A DNA stretch of 64,000 nucleotides from Chiloscyllium plagiosum (taxonomy: Eukaryota), in assembly GCF_004010195.1 (NCBI RefSeq), contig NC_057711.1, positions 82,217,450 through 82,281,449 of the forward strand, read 5' to 3'. The translations under genes were made by a program, and so were the position numbers. Numbering within the stretch: position 1 is the stretch's first letter; every line of letters starts with the position of its first letter. Shown here piece after piece: positions 26,805-41,500 of this stretch. A model generated the notes under the pieces. It had not been told where the DNA came from and searched no databases. It was given only the letters and a program-made list of their open reading frames with translations.

Positions 26805-28075
26805 CTAGACCATAAGACATAGGAGCGGAAGGAAGGCCATTCAGCCCATCGAGTCCACTTCGCCTTCAACCATGGCTGATGGGCATTTCTACTCCACTTA
26901 CCCGCATTCTCCCTGTAGCCCTTAATTCCTTGTGACATCAAGAATTTATCAATTTCTGCCTTGAAGACATTTAGCGTCCCAGCCTCCACTGCACTCTGTG
27001 GCAATGAATTCCACAGGCCCACCACTCTGGCTGAAGAAATGTCTCCGCATTTATGTTCTGAATTTACCCCCTCTAACTCTAAGGCTGTGTCCACGGGTCC
27101 TAGTCTCCTCACCTAACGGAAACAATTTCCTAGCGTCCACCCTCTCCAAGCCATGTATTATCTTGTAAGTTTCTATTAGATCTCCCCTTAATCTTCTAAA
27201 CTCCAATGAATACAATCCTAGGATCCACAGCCGTTCCTTGTATGTTAGGCCTACCATTTCAGGGATCATCCGTGTGAATCTCTGCTGGACACGCTCCAGT
27301 GCCAGTATGTCCTTCCTGAGGTGTGGGGACCAAAACTGGACACAGTACTCCAAATGGGGCCGAACCAGAGCTTTATAAAGTCTCAGTAGCTCAACAGTGC
27401 TTTTATATTCCAACCCTCTTGAGATAATTGACAACATTGCATTCGCTTTCTTAATCACGGACTCAACCTGCAAGTCAACCTTTAGAGAATCTTCGACTAG
27501 CACTCCCAGATCCCTCTGTACTTTGGCTTAACGAATTTTCTCACCGTTAAGAAAGTAGTCCATGTTTCTATTCTTTTTTCCAAAATGCAAGACCTCGCAT
27601 TTGCTCACATTGAATTCCATCAACCATTTCCTGGACCACTCCTCCAAACTGTCTAGATCCTTCTGTAGCCTCCCCACTTCCTCAGTACTACCTGCCTGCC
27701 CACCTAACTTTGTATCATCAGTAAACTTCGCTAGAATGCCCCCAGTCCCTTCATCTAGATCATTAATATATAATGTGAACAGCTGTGGCTCCAACACTGA
27801 ACCCTGCGGGACACCACTTGTCACTGGTTGCCATTCCGAAAAAGAACCTTTTATCCCATCTCTCTGCCTTCTGTCAGACAGCCAATCCTCAATCCATACC
27901 AGTAGCTCACCTCGAACACCATGGGCCCTCACCTTGCTCAGCAGCCTCCCGTGTGGCACTTTATCAAAGGCCTTTTGGAAGTCTAGGTAGACCACATCCA
28001 CTGGGTTTCCCCGGTCTAACCTACTTGTCACCTCTTCAAAGAACTCCAACAGGTTTGTCAGGCACGACCTCTCCT
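26805..28075 (-). mobile_element. Young CR1 LINE, 5'-truncated, RT nearly open
   Basis: ORFs 27528..28049 (VVYLDFQKAFDKVPH, GVPQGSVLEP, AKFTDDTKLGG) and 27051..27503, separated only by a stop at 27528. Confidence 0.95.
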
Positions 28076-28996
28076 TCTTTCTAGCCCATGAATGAGTAAG
28101 AAAACCACAATTTCACGAAGTGTTGAACAGATGCCTGGTGTTGCCCTTTGGTGATGGGGGTAAATCTGAAGCAAATGATTAGCGATCACTCCTACCCCAC
28201 TGCTCTGTTAACTACCAGTAATCAAAGGCAAGTCAGAGGTCAGGTTGCCTTAATCAAAAATTTTACAACACTGAAGGAACTTGGTCAGTCCATCTTGCCT
28301 GTGTTGGCTCTTTGAAAGAAATATCTAACTACTCCCATGCTGCTGTTCTAAATCTGCATTCTGTCCTTTTTAACTACACTTTCTATTTGCAAGTGAGACA
28401 AATATCTATAAATAAAAGCTAGTACGACTTGAGTCACAGGCAAACTGGCATAAGGTACGTAAACTCATATGCGCTTAGAGGAGGAATGGATTTGTTCATG
28501 GGAGACTTACATCAGTACTGAGGTTGAAGGGTGCTGCATCAGTGGAATGGGCTTCACCAAAACTGTAATCTGGCAAATTGAATAACGAGGGCCGCAGAGA
28601 AAACTTTAAAATAGAAAAGGGAGGTGGTTTTAAAATGAGGATATATATGCCAGTTACAGATACAGGACATGTTCTCAAATAATATGTCGTGGATCAATGT
28701 TTTTTGCATCTGGTAATGTGTAACAAGGCAGGTATCATAAATTATCTCAAAGTAAAGGTTGCCTTTGGAAATAGTGACCGTAACACGGTGAAATTCAGCA
28801 TGCAGTATGAAAGTTAGAAATTTGTTTAGAAGATACCTGTGCTAAATGTATGTTGAGTAATTAAAAAGATATGAGGGCAAACCTGAATGGAGTGGACTGG
28901 GAAAGAAGTTCAGCAAATAGGACAGTTGGCAAACAATGGCAGATGTTTAAGAGAATAGTTTAATGATTCACAACAAAGAAATATACCAGTGATTAA

Positions 28997-29463
28997 AGGA
29001 TGTTGCCAGGGTTGGAGGATTTGAACTATAGAGAGAGGCTGAATAGGCTAGGGCTGTTTTCCCTGGAGCGTAAGAGGCTGAGGGGTGACCTTCTAGAGAT
29101 TTATAAAAATCATGAGGAGCATGGCTAGGATAAATAGACAAGGTCTTTTCCCTGGGGTGGGGAGTCCAGAACTAGAGGACATAGGTTTAGGGTGAGAGGG
29201 GAAAGATACAAAAGAGACCTAAAGGGGCAACATTTTTATGCAGAGGGTGGTACATGTATGGAATGAGCTGCCAGAGGAAGTGGTGGAGGCTGGTACAATT
29301 GCAACATTTAAAAGGCAACTAGATGGGTATATGAATAGGAAGGGTTTGGAGGAATATGGGCCGGGTGCTGGCAGGTGGCACGAGATTGGGTTGAGATATA
29401 TCTGGTCGGTATGGACAAGTTGGACCGAAGAATCTGTTCCCGTGCTGTACATCTCTATGACTA
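28997..29463 (+). mobile_element. Young CR1 3' end (same subfamily as 370-1285)
   Basis: ORF 29238..29519 QRVVHVWNELPEEVVEAGTIATFKRQLDGYMN; roughly 90% identical by eye to the reverse complement of about 380-845. Confidence 0.92.
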
Positions 29464-30779
29464 CAAAATACATATCTACTGCTTTCAGCTTGTTCTTTAC
29501 ATTTCTTCTTATACATTGAATCCTACAATAATATCATTTGCATTTCCATAAAAACACACCAGTTTCCAAATTTAAATCCACCATATATCATTTCAATTTG
29601 TCCAAAGTATGGACAAGTCAATAAATAGTGACCTGGTACTATCTTAAACCAAGTGCAATATCCCATCTGGTCAATTCTAGGCTGTTTCAAACATTTCAAG
29701 ATCAACCTCAAGAGGTTGTCTAGGAATGAGACTGGTCAGTAAGCTCAAACTATACAAATGAACATTTTGAACATAAATTTGATGAAAGGCAAACTGCAGA
29801 AATTCAACAGAAATAAAAATGGGAATGAAGATTTTGGGTCAGTATTAACAACACTTGCAGATCCAGGCTACAACAGTGTATCAGACTGACAATCCAGGAG
29901 ACAAGTTCAAATTCCACTATGACAAGATGTGAGGTTCAATTTGATGTCTGACTTGTGATTTCACTCCAGAGAAAAAAAATGCAGTATTGTTAAAAAATCC
30001 AACTGGTTCACTAATATCCTGAATACACACACAAAAAAAAAAGAAGAGTAAAAATAATATAAGATGGAAATGCTGAGTAGATTGGGAAGCAACTTCAAAG
30101 CAGAGGTCAGTCAGTTGAATTTCAGGGATAACATACTTCCTTTGGATTAAGGATTCTGCTCGTATGCTCAGTCCAGCTAATGGCACTACCTGGTTAACAA
30201 GTAGTGCACTCTGCAGACAAACGAGTCACAGTTGTAAAAACAATTGCTAGAAAGCTGCCACTCAAGGATAGTTGGGTTGAACAATGATAGTTTACCAGCA
30301 TTGTCCACATCCAGGAGAACTTTAAATTACAAGAGTGCTGTTTTCCTTTTTGCATTTCAGATCTGCTATTCACTACTTCTTTGTTTCCCCATTATGTTTT
30401 TGTTTGCCTATACTTCTGCACATACTTAAAGGGAACATAGGTAATCATTTGAGAAAAGGATGAAATAAACAATAATTGAAGATATCAATGAGAAAAAAAA
30501 TGGAAAAACGAGAGGGGAGCATAAACAACAGCATGGACCAGCTGGGCTGAATGCCTCATTAGTCAAGAATTGAGCTATCACTAGCTTAAAAGCATGCAAC
30601 TCTCTTGGAAGGAGTGGTCCAAAGATGCTCAAACCTCAAAAAATCCTGACCATCTTAAATGGGAGATCCATTAATTTAAAGTGTTGACTAGTTCTCATCT
30701 TTCCTTCAGCAGCACAACAGCGGCCCCTGTCCCAGTCATTAATCAGTTCTGATGAAAGATCACTAACTTGATTTCATTT

Positions 30780-31770
30780 GATCTATCATATGTATCCAAG
30801 TACAATGATAAGCTTTGTTTGCGAGCAGTACAGGCAGACCACAGTCAGCAAGGACATATGGATCTTAGGTTAAAAAACTTGGACAGAATGAAGCAAACAG
30901 GTTGTACTTCACAGGATGCAAGACAATATCAATGTTAACAAGATCAGCATTATGTATTTGAAGTTAGACAGCTCATTCAGCAGTCTAACAACAGCAGGGA
31001 ATAAGCCGTTCATGAATCTGCTGGTCCATGTATTCAAGCTTCTGTAACTTCTGACAGAAGAGGTTGAGGGGGCACATACTGGAATGGGATAGGTCTTTGA
31101 TGACGTTGACAGCCTTTCCCTGACAAAAAAAGAGGTATAAATGAAGTTCGTAGATGGGAGTGGAGTGTGTGGTGCTAGAAAAGCACAGCAGGTCAGGCAG
31201 CATCAAGATGAAGGGCCCATGTCTGAAACATCAATTCTCCTGCTCCTCGGATGCTGTGTGACCTGCTGTGCTTTTCCAGCACCATGCTCTCAAGTCTGAT
31301 CTCTAGCATCCGCAGTCCTTACTTTCTGCTCCATTGATGGGAGGTTGGCTTCTGTGATGATCTGGGCTGTGCACACAACCTTCTGTAGTTTCTGATCGTC
31401 CTAGACAGATAAGTTGCCATACCTGGCCATTATGCACTTGGACGGAATGCTTTCTACGGTGCTTCTGTGAAAGTTGGAGAGTGTTCTTACGGACATGCCA
31501 ACTTTCCCGAGCAGCTAGAGGAAGAGGAGATGTTGTTGTGCCTTCTTGAGTGTCACATCTACATGGGAAATCCATGACAGGTTGTCGTTATCATCACTCC
31601 GAGGAACTTGATGCTCTTGACACTCTCAATCCCCGCTCCGCTAATGTAGATGAGGGCACAATCTCCTCCTTTCTTTGTGAACTCAATTATCAGTTCTCTC
31701 GTTTGGCCGACATTGCGAGAGAGGTTATCATTGCAGCATGTCATCAAGCCCTCTATCTTATGAAACATTA
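30780..31770 (-). mobile_element. Rex1/L2-group LINE 3' fragment, interrupted by a PLE end
   Basis: ORF 31559..31768 NLSRNVGQTRELIIEFTKK...IYISGAGIESVKSIKFLGVMIT fits the LNVxKTKELIVDF...VExVxSFKFLGV pattern. Confidence 0.65.
31161..31330 (+). mobile_element. Family B Neptune-type PLE terminal fragment with inverted copy
   Basis: About 31165-31204 is reverse complementary to about 31250-31290; the body matches 58661-58785. Confidence 0.8.
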
Positions 31771-32389
31771 ACTGTTTCTTATCTGAGATGTTGCTGAATC
31801 TGAGATTTTTTCAGCATGTTTTTGTTTCAGGTTTCTAACATCCATAGCATTAGTTTTCAAAAGTACTAATTAACTCAGAAGTATTATGGGGCATATGGTA
31901 AATGTGGAAGTTTGCTCTCTTAAACGTCACATTCTTTCCATAATTTCACTAAAATGCCTGTTTAGATCTCCATCTCTAGGAGTGACAAAGATGAACACAT
32001 TCATTTTTTTCTTCTTCACAGATGCTTTACAACCCAGTATGTATATCAACATTTTATTTATTTTTGTTCTAAAACTGAATATTATTCTTGAAATTTTAAA
32101 ATTACTTTAATTGCATGTTACATGAAAGAGTTTCCAGTCTGAATCAGTGCGGAGTAGAATTTCATCAGCAACGTCAGTTTGTCTTAGTCACCGATGCTGG
32201 TTTTACGCACATATATCTTTCTGTAGCATCTAGACCATGGACAGGAGCCACTGGATCAAGCATCACAAGTGAGATCTTTCTTATCTGATGACTCAACTAC
32301 TTGCTGCATAAAGTCATTGAACCACAAAACAGGCCTAGATTTTACTGGGGGGAAAAAAAAACAACTACTTGAGATCACAATGGTTCAGA

Positions 32390-32770
32390 GAGAGAGCAAG
32401 CAAACCTTTCAAGTCTAAATGACTCTTCAGAGCTGAAGTGAAGTGTGGAGAGGACAGCATTTATACTATAGTTGCGGGAGGGGGGGGGGGGAAGAAGGGA
32501 GTTGGGGACGTGGTAGGTGTAGACTACTGGTGGAGAAAGGATGCAGATTGTGCAGATTAAGTGATTGGAATGTGAAAATGGCAGAACAATGGTGCATCCA
32601 ACTGTCAGACTTGAAAGAGAAGACAGACCCACTAGGATGGGAGGAGGGCAGAAAGGACATGGTGACAGAGAACGTAACAAGTAACGCTAAAAGAATGGGA
32701 AGATTTAGGAGTTGGTTCACAATTTGAAGGTGTTGAATTCAACACTCTAGAAGGTGGTAAAGTGCCCAGC
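32390..32770 (-). mobile_element. PLE 3' end remnant (another family) with decayed hammerhead-like core
   Basis: Reverse complement reads LGTLPPSRVLNSTP..., then a pyrimidine-rich UTR and CTGAAGAgtcatttagacttGAAA. Confidence 0.5.
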
Positions 32771-33694
32771 CTAGTTTTTACCCTGTATGGTGTTGGCCGA
32801 TGCCAATTTCAGGACTGTTAAAATGCCTGTTTGGACATTGGGAAAATTAAGAAATACATTCTGTTGGAGTAATTTCTTTTGGTCAAATAAGTCACTTGAG
32901 AAAACTCACTGACGTTACAGGTGAAACCTAACTTTTTGAGTAGCCCACATGCTGTCAGTTGAACCATAACACCCTTAGGGAAGGAATTCCAGGATTTTGA
33001 CCCAGTGACATTTAAATAACCGCAATATATTTCCAAGTCAGGATGGTGAACGGCTTGGAGGGAAACCTGAAGGTGATGGTATCAAGAAACTTAAGACTCG
33101 GTCTCATATTTGGTACAAAGGTTCATGTGTTTTACATAAAACCATGTACTTTTAATAAGTCTGCATATTAAGCATAGAGATTCACATACTGGATTTTATA
33201 ATTTATTTACTCATCTCAGTCAGGGACAGGTTACATGGTTAGTGTTCCAAAAAAGGGGCCTCAATCCTGAAATCTTGCATCATCTGGACTTTGCACCATA
33301 ATAAGAACATATCAAAGTTCAAAGTGGGATATAGCAGTTATACCATGACAACTGTTCAAAACAAATCTTACATCCATAAATTTACACAAATAACATTTAA
33401 TTGTGCCAAAAATAACACTTATCCAACAGTATATTTCACTAGTTGATTTGCCATTGTCACCAAAGTTTCTATTTATACACAGTCATACCTCAAAATATTT
33501 CATATAATGAATTACTGCAAAAAAAAACTAAGATACTGGAATCAAAACAGCAGCACAGGCGGGCATATATTTGTATGCCACCATTCAGGACCTCAGGAGA
33601 TCATCCCAAAGCCCTTTACGGTTAACCAAGTATCTTAGAAATGTGCCTTTTTTTCTGATGTGTATGCCACAATAAACCGTCAGCCTTGTTTCAG

Positions 33695-33930
33695 TATCAG
33701 CAGTCACTTGTGAATCAAAAGATTGTGGGTTCAAGTTCAATACCAATTTTTAAAAAAACCATAAACTAGACACTTCACTGCTGGACTGAGGAAATGCTTA
33801 AATGTGGAAGATGTCATCTTTCAGATGGGATATTAAAAAGGATTCCATCAGTAAAACATCTCATGAAACTATCTGTAAAGGAAGCAGAACATTCTCTGAA
33901 TGTAGTGGCCAATACTCATCTCTGAACAAA
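33695..33930 (+). mobile_element. Degraded DeuSINE-like SINE (a second, more decayed candidate at about 9640-9960)
   Basis: B-box-like GGGTTCAAGTTC followed by gtcatctttcagatgggatattaaa, resembling the recalled Deu-domain core; not aligned to a consensus. Confidence 0.4.
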
Positions 33931-35714
33931 AAAAAATCAAAAATTATTGGAAAAACTCAGCAGGTCTGACAGTATCTGTGGAGAGAAAGTAGACAATGTG
34001 TTGATTCTGAAGGAGGGCACTGGACCAGAATCGTTAACGGATTTCTCTCCATAAAAGTTGCCAGACCTGCTAGGCTTTTCCACCAATAACTGTTTTTGTT
34101 TCTGAAAAAAAAATGTTTATTTCTCTTTTGCTTGGTGCTGTATTTCCCTACACTACAAATCACTACATTTCAGTTGTGAAGCACTTGGGGACACAATGAA
34201 ATTGCTAAGCAAATTACTAAAAAAATCAAGTTTTTACAGACACACTATGTTAGATCTTCTTCAGCTTTTCCAAAGTTTGGTGCTCATTTAAAATGAAAGA
34301 GCTCAAAATATTCAGAAAAAAATATTCTGAATAAAAAATAATTGGTAGAACAGACTGGTAAACTGAACAGCCTACAGTCCTTCCATTTCATTGTTCCTAG
34401 AGTTAGCTAATACATTTAGCAGCATGTCTGCTTACCAGAGTTCTAAATCTAATATAAAAAACTGTAAAACTTGAAGGTAAAAGCGAGAAGTATCTATTGG
34501 GAGCCCATATCACAGAATCCAGACCAAAAATAGAATGCTGTCCTCTTGACCACACACGTAAACATTTCAATTATTTGCAAGCAACAAGCATGACAGCAAG
34601 CCAACTGCACAGTGAAACTCCTATATAACATACCCCCGATAAGGGGAAGTTAAAAATATACCAATCACCCTTTTAATATATCCATGCTAAGATAACAAGC
34701 ATAGCAGTTAAAAACATAGAAGCAAAAACATCAGATTTTATCTTACAATCTTAGTGGCTAGGATAGATCACAAATGATCTTAAGAATATAGTAAAGCTCA
34801 AGACGATGAAGACAGAAAATAAGGGCTATTAAGGGACCCTAAGGTTAATCTGTGCATGGAGGCAGAGAATGTTTGCATTGTTACTAAATAACAAAGTAAT
34901 AATGGATTTAACATAATTGTAAATTAATAAATCATATGGGTATAAAATGCCTTCGAGATGAAGAGAAGTAAAAGACAAAGTAAAACTCCTTATTATAATT
35001 TTCTCATCCTCTTTGGTAACAAGTGTGGTGTCAGAGGACTAGTGGACAGCATATCTATTTCATGGATGTGATTGTCAGGACAAAGGCCAATTAATTTTCT
35101 CTTAATTGTCTAGGAAGATAACAGTGAGTCACATTCTTGAACCATGGCAGTCCGTATGGTGTACTGCCACAGTGCTGTTAGGAATCCAGCATTGGGCCAT
35201 TGTTTAAAAAGAAAGGAAAAGACAATAATTACAATCCACCCTGTGCAGGTGGGAAAAATCACTGAAAACTGAGGGAATCTTGATTTAGAAAGATAAATAA
35301 GTTCCAAACAACAACAATTTGCTGTTGTAAAGTTCAATTAACATGCAGGAATTTTTGTGGTGAAAAGGAGGGCTGATGTTGGCCAGGGTTAATAAATGTC
35401 CAACATGGCAAATTGGTCACAAAAATAAAAGCCCATGGGAGCCATAGCAAGGTGATAAATTGGATACAAGATTATCTCAGCAGCAGGAAATAAAGTGCAA
35501 TCACTGACAGATGTTGTGATTGAAAGGCTGTTTCCAGTTGGGCTCCTTGCTTTTTGTGGTAGAGATCAATGATTTGGACTTGACTGCAAGGGATTACAGA
35601 TTATAACAATATTGTGGAGGGGGGTCACTAGTGAGATAGAGAGAGACTGCAGAAAGTACTATGCACACTACAAGTCATCTTATTTAAGGATGGAAATAAA
35701 TGCCCTGATAGAAG

Positions 35715-37960
35715 CTTTACAGCGCAGTACAGACCCTTCAGCTCTTGATGTTGCGACGACCTGTAAAACCAATCTGAAGCCCATCTAATCTACACTAATC
35801 AGTTTTCATCCATATGTTTATCCAATGACCGTTTAAATGCCCTTAAAGTTGGCGAGTCAACTACTGTTGCAGTCAGGGCGTTTCACACCCTAACTATTAA
35901 GTCACCTCTCAACATTTTCTTTAACGAAAAAAGCAACAAGTGCCTCAGCCTTTTCTCATAAGACCTTCCCTCCAGACCAGGCAATACCCTGGTAAATCTG
36001 CTCTGCACCCTTTCCAATGCTTCCACATCCTTCCAATAATGTGACAACCAGAACTGTAGGAAAGACTCCACGTGCAGCCGCACCAAATTTTTGTAAAGCT
36101 GCAACCTGACCTCATGGCTCCGAAACTCAATCCCTCTACCAATAAAAGCTATCACACCTTACGTCTTCTTAGCAACCCCATCAATCTGGGTGGCAACTTT
36201 CAGGGATCTGTGCACATGGACTCAGATCTCTTTGCTCATCCACACAACCAAGAATCTTACCTATAGTCCAGTTGTCTGCATTCCAGTTACTCCTTCCAAA
36301 GTGGATCACCTCTCACTTTCTTGTATTAAACTCCATTTGTCACCTCTCAGCTCAGTTCTGCAGCTTATCCACGTCCCTCTGTAACCTGTAACATCCTTCC
36401 ACACAGTCCACAATTCCACCAACCTTAGTGTCATCTGCAAATTTACCAACCCATCCTTCGATATCCTCATCTAGGTCATTTATAAAAATGACAAACAGCT
36501 GTAGCCCCAAAACTGATCCTTGCGGAACACCACTAATAACTGAACATTTCCCATCAACCACCACCCTCTGACTTCTTACTACTAACCAATTTCTGATGCA
36601 AACCACTAAATCACCCTCAATTCCATGCCTCCGCATTTTCTGCAATAGCCTACTGTGGGGAACCTTATCAAACGCCTTACTGAAATCCATATACACCATA
36701 TCAACCACTTCACCCTCATCCACGTGTTTGGTCACCTTCTCAAAGAACTCTAAGGTTTGAGAGGCACAATCTACCCTTCACAAAACTGTGTTGACTATCC
36801 CTAATCAACCTATTCCTTTCGAGATGATTATAAATCCTTCCTCTTATAATCCTTTTCAATACTTTACCCACAACCGAAGTAAGGCTCACTGGTCTATAAT
36901 TAGCATGGTCGTCTCTACTCTCCTTCTTGAACAAGGGGACAAGAGTTGCTATCCTCCAGTCTTCTGGCACTATTCCTGTAGACAATAACGACAAAGATCA
37001 AAGCCAAAGGTTTTCCAATCTCTTCCCTGGCTTCCCAAAGAATTCTAGAATAAATCTCATCCAGCCCAGGGGCCTTATCTAGTTTTACACTTTCCAGAAT
37101 ATCCAAACACGTCATGAGCCTCAACCCTGTTTAGTCTAATAGCCTGTATCTTAGTATTCTCTTCAACATTATCTTTTTTCTGTGTGAATACTGATGAAAA
37201 ATATTCATTTAGTGCCTCTCCAATTTCCTCGGTCTCCATGCACAACTTCCCACTACTGCCCTTGATCGGCCCTAGTCATTCTTTTATTCCTACAGAAAGC
37301 TTTAGGGGCTTCCCTTGATCCTACCTGCCAAAGACTTCTCATGTCCCCTCCTGGCTCTTCCTAGCTTTCTCTTTAGATCCTTCGTGGTTAACTTGTTACT
37401 CTCAAGCACTTTAACTGAGCCATCACATCTCCTCTTTACATAAGCCTCCTTCTTCCTCTTGAGAAGAGATTCAACTTCTTTTGTAAGCCACAGTTCCCGC
37501 CTGCCTGCCAGGTACATACTTATCAAGGATACACAGTAGCTGTTTCTGGAACAAGTTCCACATTTCAATTGTGCCCATCCCCTGCAATTTCCTTCCCCAT
37601 CCTAAATCTTGTCTAATTGCGCCATAATTGCCTTTCCCCCAGCTATAACTCTTGCCCCGCGGAACATACATATCCCTTTCGATTGCTCAAGTAAACGTAA
37701 CCGAATTGTGGTCACCATCACTGAGTGCTCACTTACCTCCAAATCTAACACCAGACCCAGTACCAAATCCAACTTGGCCTTGCCTCTTGTTGGCCTACGT
37801 GCGGTGTCAGGAAACCTTCCTGCACATACTGGACAAAAACTGACCCATCTCAAGTACTCAAACTATAGGATTTCTAGTCAATATCTGGAAAGCTAAAGCC
37901 CCCACAACAACTACCCAGTTGCCCTCGCTCCTATCCAGAATCATCTTTACAATCCTTTCC
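35715..37960 (-). mobile_element. CR1 LINE, long fragment (EN C-terminus to 3' end)
   Basis: ORFs 36352..36735 (YMDFSKAFDKVPH, GVPQGSVLG, KFADDTKVGG), 36740..36994 (NYRPVSLTSVVGK) and 37602..37853 (PTRGKAKLDLVLG). Confidence 0.93.
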
Positions 37961-38554
37961 TTTAGTCTACATCTCTGGAACTACCCTTGTAAATCTTTTC
38001 TGAACCCTTTCAAGTTTCACAACATCCTTCCGACAGGAAGGAGACCAGAATTGCATGCAATATTCTTTATTCTAGCTCTAAGCCTCCACCCTTGCTCCTC
38101 GAATTTCTGCCTTACATCCCCATCCCTTTTCCTACCTATGTCATTGGTGCCTATGTGAACCATGACTAGTGGCTGCTACCCCTCAAGGATCCCAAAATCA
38201 TGATCTAAGACGTCATGGACCCTGGCACCTCAGAGGCAACACACCAACTACGAGTCTCTCTCACAGAATCCCTGTCGCCCTAACTACGGAATCCCCAATG
38301 ACTAATGCTCTACTCCACTCTCCCTTTCCTTTTTGAGCAACTCTGTGCCAGAAACCTGTATCCCATGGCTTACTCCTGGTAAGCTGTGCCCCACCCCATC
38401 CCAACAGCATCCAAAATGGTATACTTGTTATTGAGGAGAATGGCCGCAGGGGATCCCCTTATCAGACAAACATCTGTAAAGGGTGGGTTGTGTTAGGCAA
38501 TGGTTGGATAGTCTAGGATCTGTTGGCGTTTAGAAAGCAGGTTAAAAGTCAGAT

Positions 38555-41500
38555 AGTCAAAGACGTACAACACGGGAACAGACCCTTTGGTCCAACTCGC
38601 CCACACTGACCAGATATCCTAAACTAATCTAGTCCCATTTGCCAGCATTTGGCCCATATCCCTCCAAACCTTTCCTATTCATATACCCATCCAGATGCCT
38701 TTCAAATGCTGCAATTGCACAGCCTCCACCACTTCTTCTGGCAGCTCATTCCATAGATCTGCCCAGTGAGTCCCTTTTAAATCTTTCCCCTCTCTAGTTT
38801 TGGTGCCCGCCCCCCCCAATCCCAGGCAAAATAGCTTGTCTATTCATCTGAGCTATGCCCCCCAAGATTTTAATAAACCTCTAAGGTCAACCCTCAGCTG
38901 CCAACGCTCCAGGGGAAACAGCCCTAGTCTATTCAACCTCTCCCGACAGTTCAGACCCTACAACCCTGGCAACATCCTTGTAAACCTTTTCTGAACCCTT
39001 TCAAGTTTCACAACATCCTTCCTATAGCAGGGAGACCAGAATTGCACGCAATATTCCAAAAGTGGCCTAACCAATGTCCTGGACAGCCGCAACATGATCT
39101 CCCTACTCCATGCTCTGACCAATACAGGAAAACATACCAAATCCTTCTTCACAATTCTGTCCACCTGTGACTCCACTTTCAATGAACTATGAACCTGTAC
39201 TCCAAAGGTCCCTTTGCCCAGTAACATTCCCCAGGACTTTACCATTAAGTCCTGCCCTGATTTGCCTTTTTAAAATGCAGCACCTCACATTTATCCAAAT
39301 TAAACTCCATATGCCACTCCTTGGCCTGACTGATCAACATCAAGTTTTACTCTGAGATAATCTTCTTTGCTGTCCACTACACCTCCAATTTTGGTGTTAT
39401 CTGCAAACTTACTAAGTATACCTCCTGTGTTCACACCGAAAGCATTTTATATAAATGACAAAAAAGCAGTGGACCAACACCGATCCTTGTGGCACACCAC
39501 TGGTCACAGGTCTCCAGTTTGAAAAGCAGTCCTCCATTACCACCCTCTGTCTTCTACCTTTGAGCCAGTTCTGTATCTAAATGGCTAGTTCTCCCTGTAT
39601 TCCATTTGTTCTGACCTCACTGACCATTCTACCATGAGAAACCTTGGGAAACGCCTTACTGAAGTGCATATAGATCAAAGCCACCCCTCTGCCCTCATCA
39701 ATCCTCTTCATTACTCCTTCCAAAAAAACTCAAGATAGTGAGACAACTTCCCATGCACAAAGTCAAGTTGCCTAGCCCAAATCAGTCCTTGCCCTTCCAT
39801 ATACATGTAAATCCTGTCCCTCAAGATCCTCTCCAACAACTTGCCCACTACTGATATCAAGCTCACAGGTATATAGTTCCCTGGCTTTTCTTAAATATTA
39901 GCAACACGGTAACCAACCTCCAGTCTTCCGACACCTCACCTGTGGCTATTGATGATACAAATATCTCAGCAAGGGGCCCAGCAATTCCTTCCATAAACTT
40001 CCCACAGAGTTCTCAGGTACACCGGATCAGATCCTGGGGATTTATCCACCTTTATGCGTTTTAAGACGACCAGCACCACCTCTCTGCAACATGGACATTT
40101 TTCAAAATGTCGATAGTTATTTCCACACATTCCATATCTTTGTCCACAGTAAACACTGATACAAATACTCACTTAATATCTCCCCAAAGTCCTGTGGTTC
40201 CACACACAGGCTGCCTTGCTGATCTTTATTCTCTCCCTGGTTACCCTTTTGACCTTAATATACTTGCAAAGTCCCTTTGGGTTCTCCTTAGCGCTATTTG
40301 CCAAAACTACCTGTCCACTTTTTGCCCTCCTGATCTCCCTTTCAAGTATATTCCTACTGCCTTTGCACTCTTCTAGGGATTCACTTGATTTCTGCTGTCT
40401 ACACCTGACATATGCTTTCTTCTTTTTTCTTAATCAAAACCTCAATTTCTGTAGTCATCTCACACTCTCTACATCTACCAGCCATGCCCCTCACCCTGAC
40501 AGAAACACACTGTCTCCGGACTCTCATTATCTCATTTTTGAAGGTTTCCCGCTTTGCAGCCACCCCTTTACCTGTGAACATTCAACCCAAAATATATTTT
40601 TGAAAGTTCTTGCCTAATACCCTCAAAACTGGCTTTCCTCCAGTTTAGAACTTTAACATTTAGATCTGGTCCATTCTTTGCCATCACTATTTTAAAACTA
40701 ACAGAATTATGGTCACTGGCCCCAAAGTGTTCCACCACTGACGCCTCCATCACCTGCCCTATCTTATATCCCAAGAGTAAGTCAGGTTTTGCACCTTCTG
40801 TAGTAGGTGTATCCACATCAGTGATCATGGGGGTGATTTTAATCTGAACATAGACTGGGCAAATCAAATTAGCAACAATGCCATAGATTAGGAATTCCTG
40901 GAATATATACTCCAGGACCAACATGTGGAGGAACCAACTAGAGAGCACATCATCTGAGACTAGGTACTGTGTAATGAGAAGGGAATCAGTGCCAACCTAT
41001 CCATGCATGACCCCTTGGGAATGAGCGACCATAATATGAAAAAAAAACCAAGAAACTCTATCAAGGTAGAGAGTGAAGTAGTTGATTCAGGAGATTAGGG
41101 TGCTTACTCTTAAAGGAAACTATGAAGATATGAGGCATGAGTTGGCCTTGACAGATTTGAGAGTTACTTAAGTGGACAGTGGATAGGCAGTGGATTCTCC
41201 TCCTTTGATGCTGCCTGACCTGCTGCGCTTTTCCAGCAACACATTTTTAAGCTCTGATCTCCAGCATCTGCAGTCCTCACTTTCTCCTAGTGGACAGGTA
41301 ATGACAAACACTCAGGGAATGCACGGGGAACTGCAACTGTTTATTGCTGACTGGCGCTAAAGCAAAACGAAAAAGAGGACCGATCCATGGCTTACAAAGG
41401 AAATCAGAGATAGTATCATTCCAAGGGAGAAGCATACAAATTGGCCAAGAAAAATAATAGGTCTGAGGATTGGGAGTTGTTTAGAATTCAGCAAAGATGT

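Noticed and set aside
27051..28049. Functional or domesticated reverse transcriptase
   Set aside because: 5'-truncated, has an internal stop at 27528 and altered motifs (FTDD, GSVLEP); an ordinary young CR1 copy.
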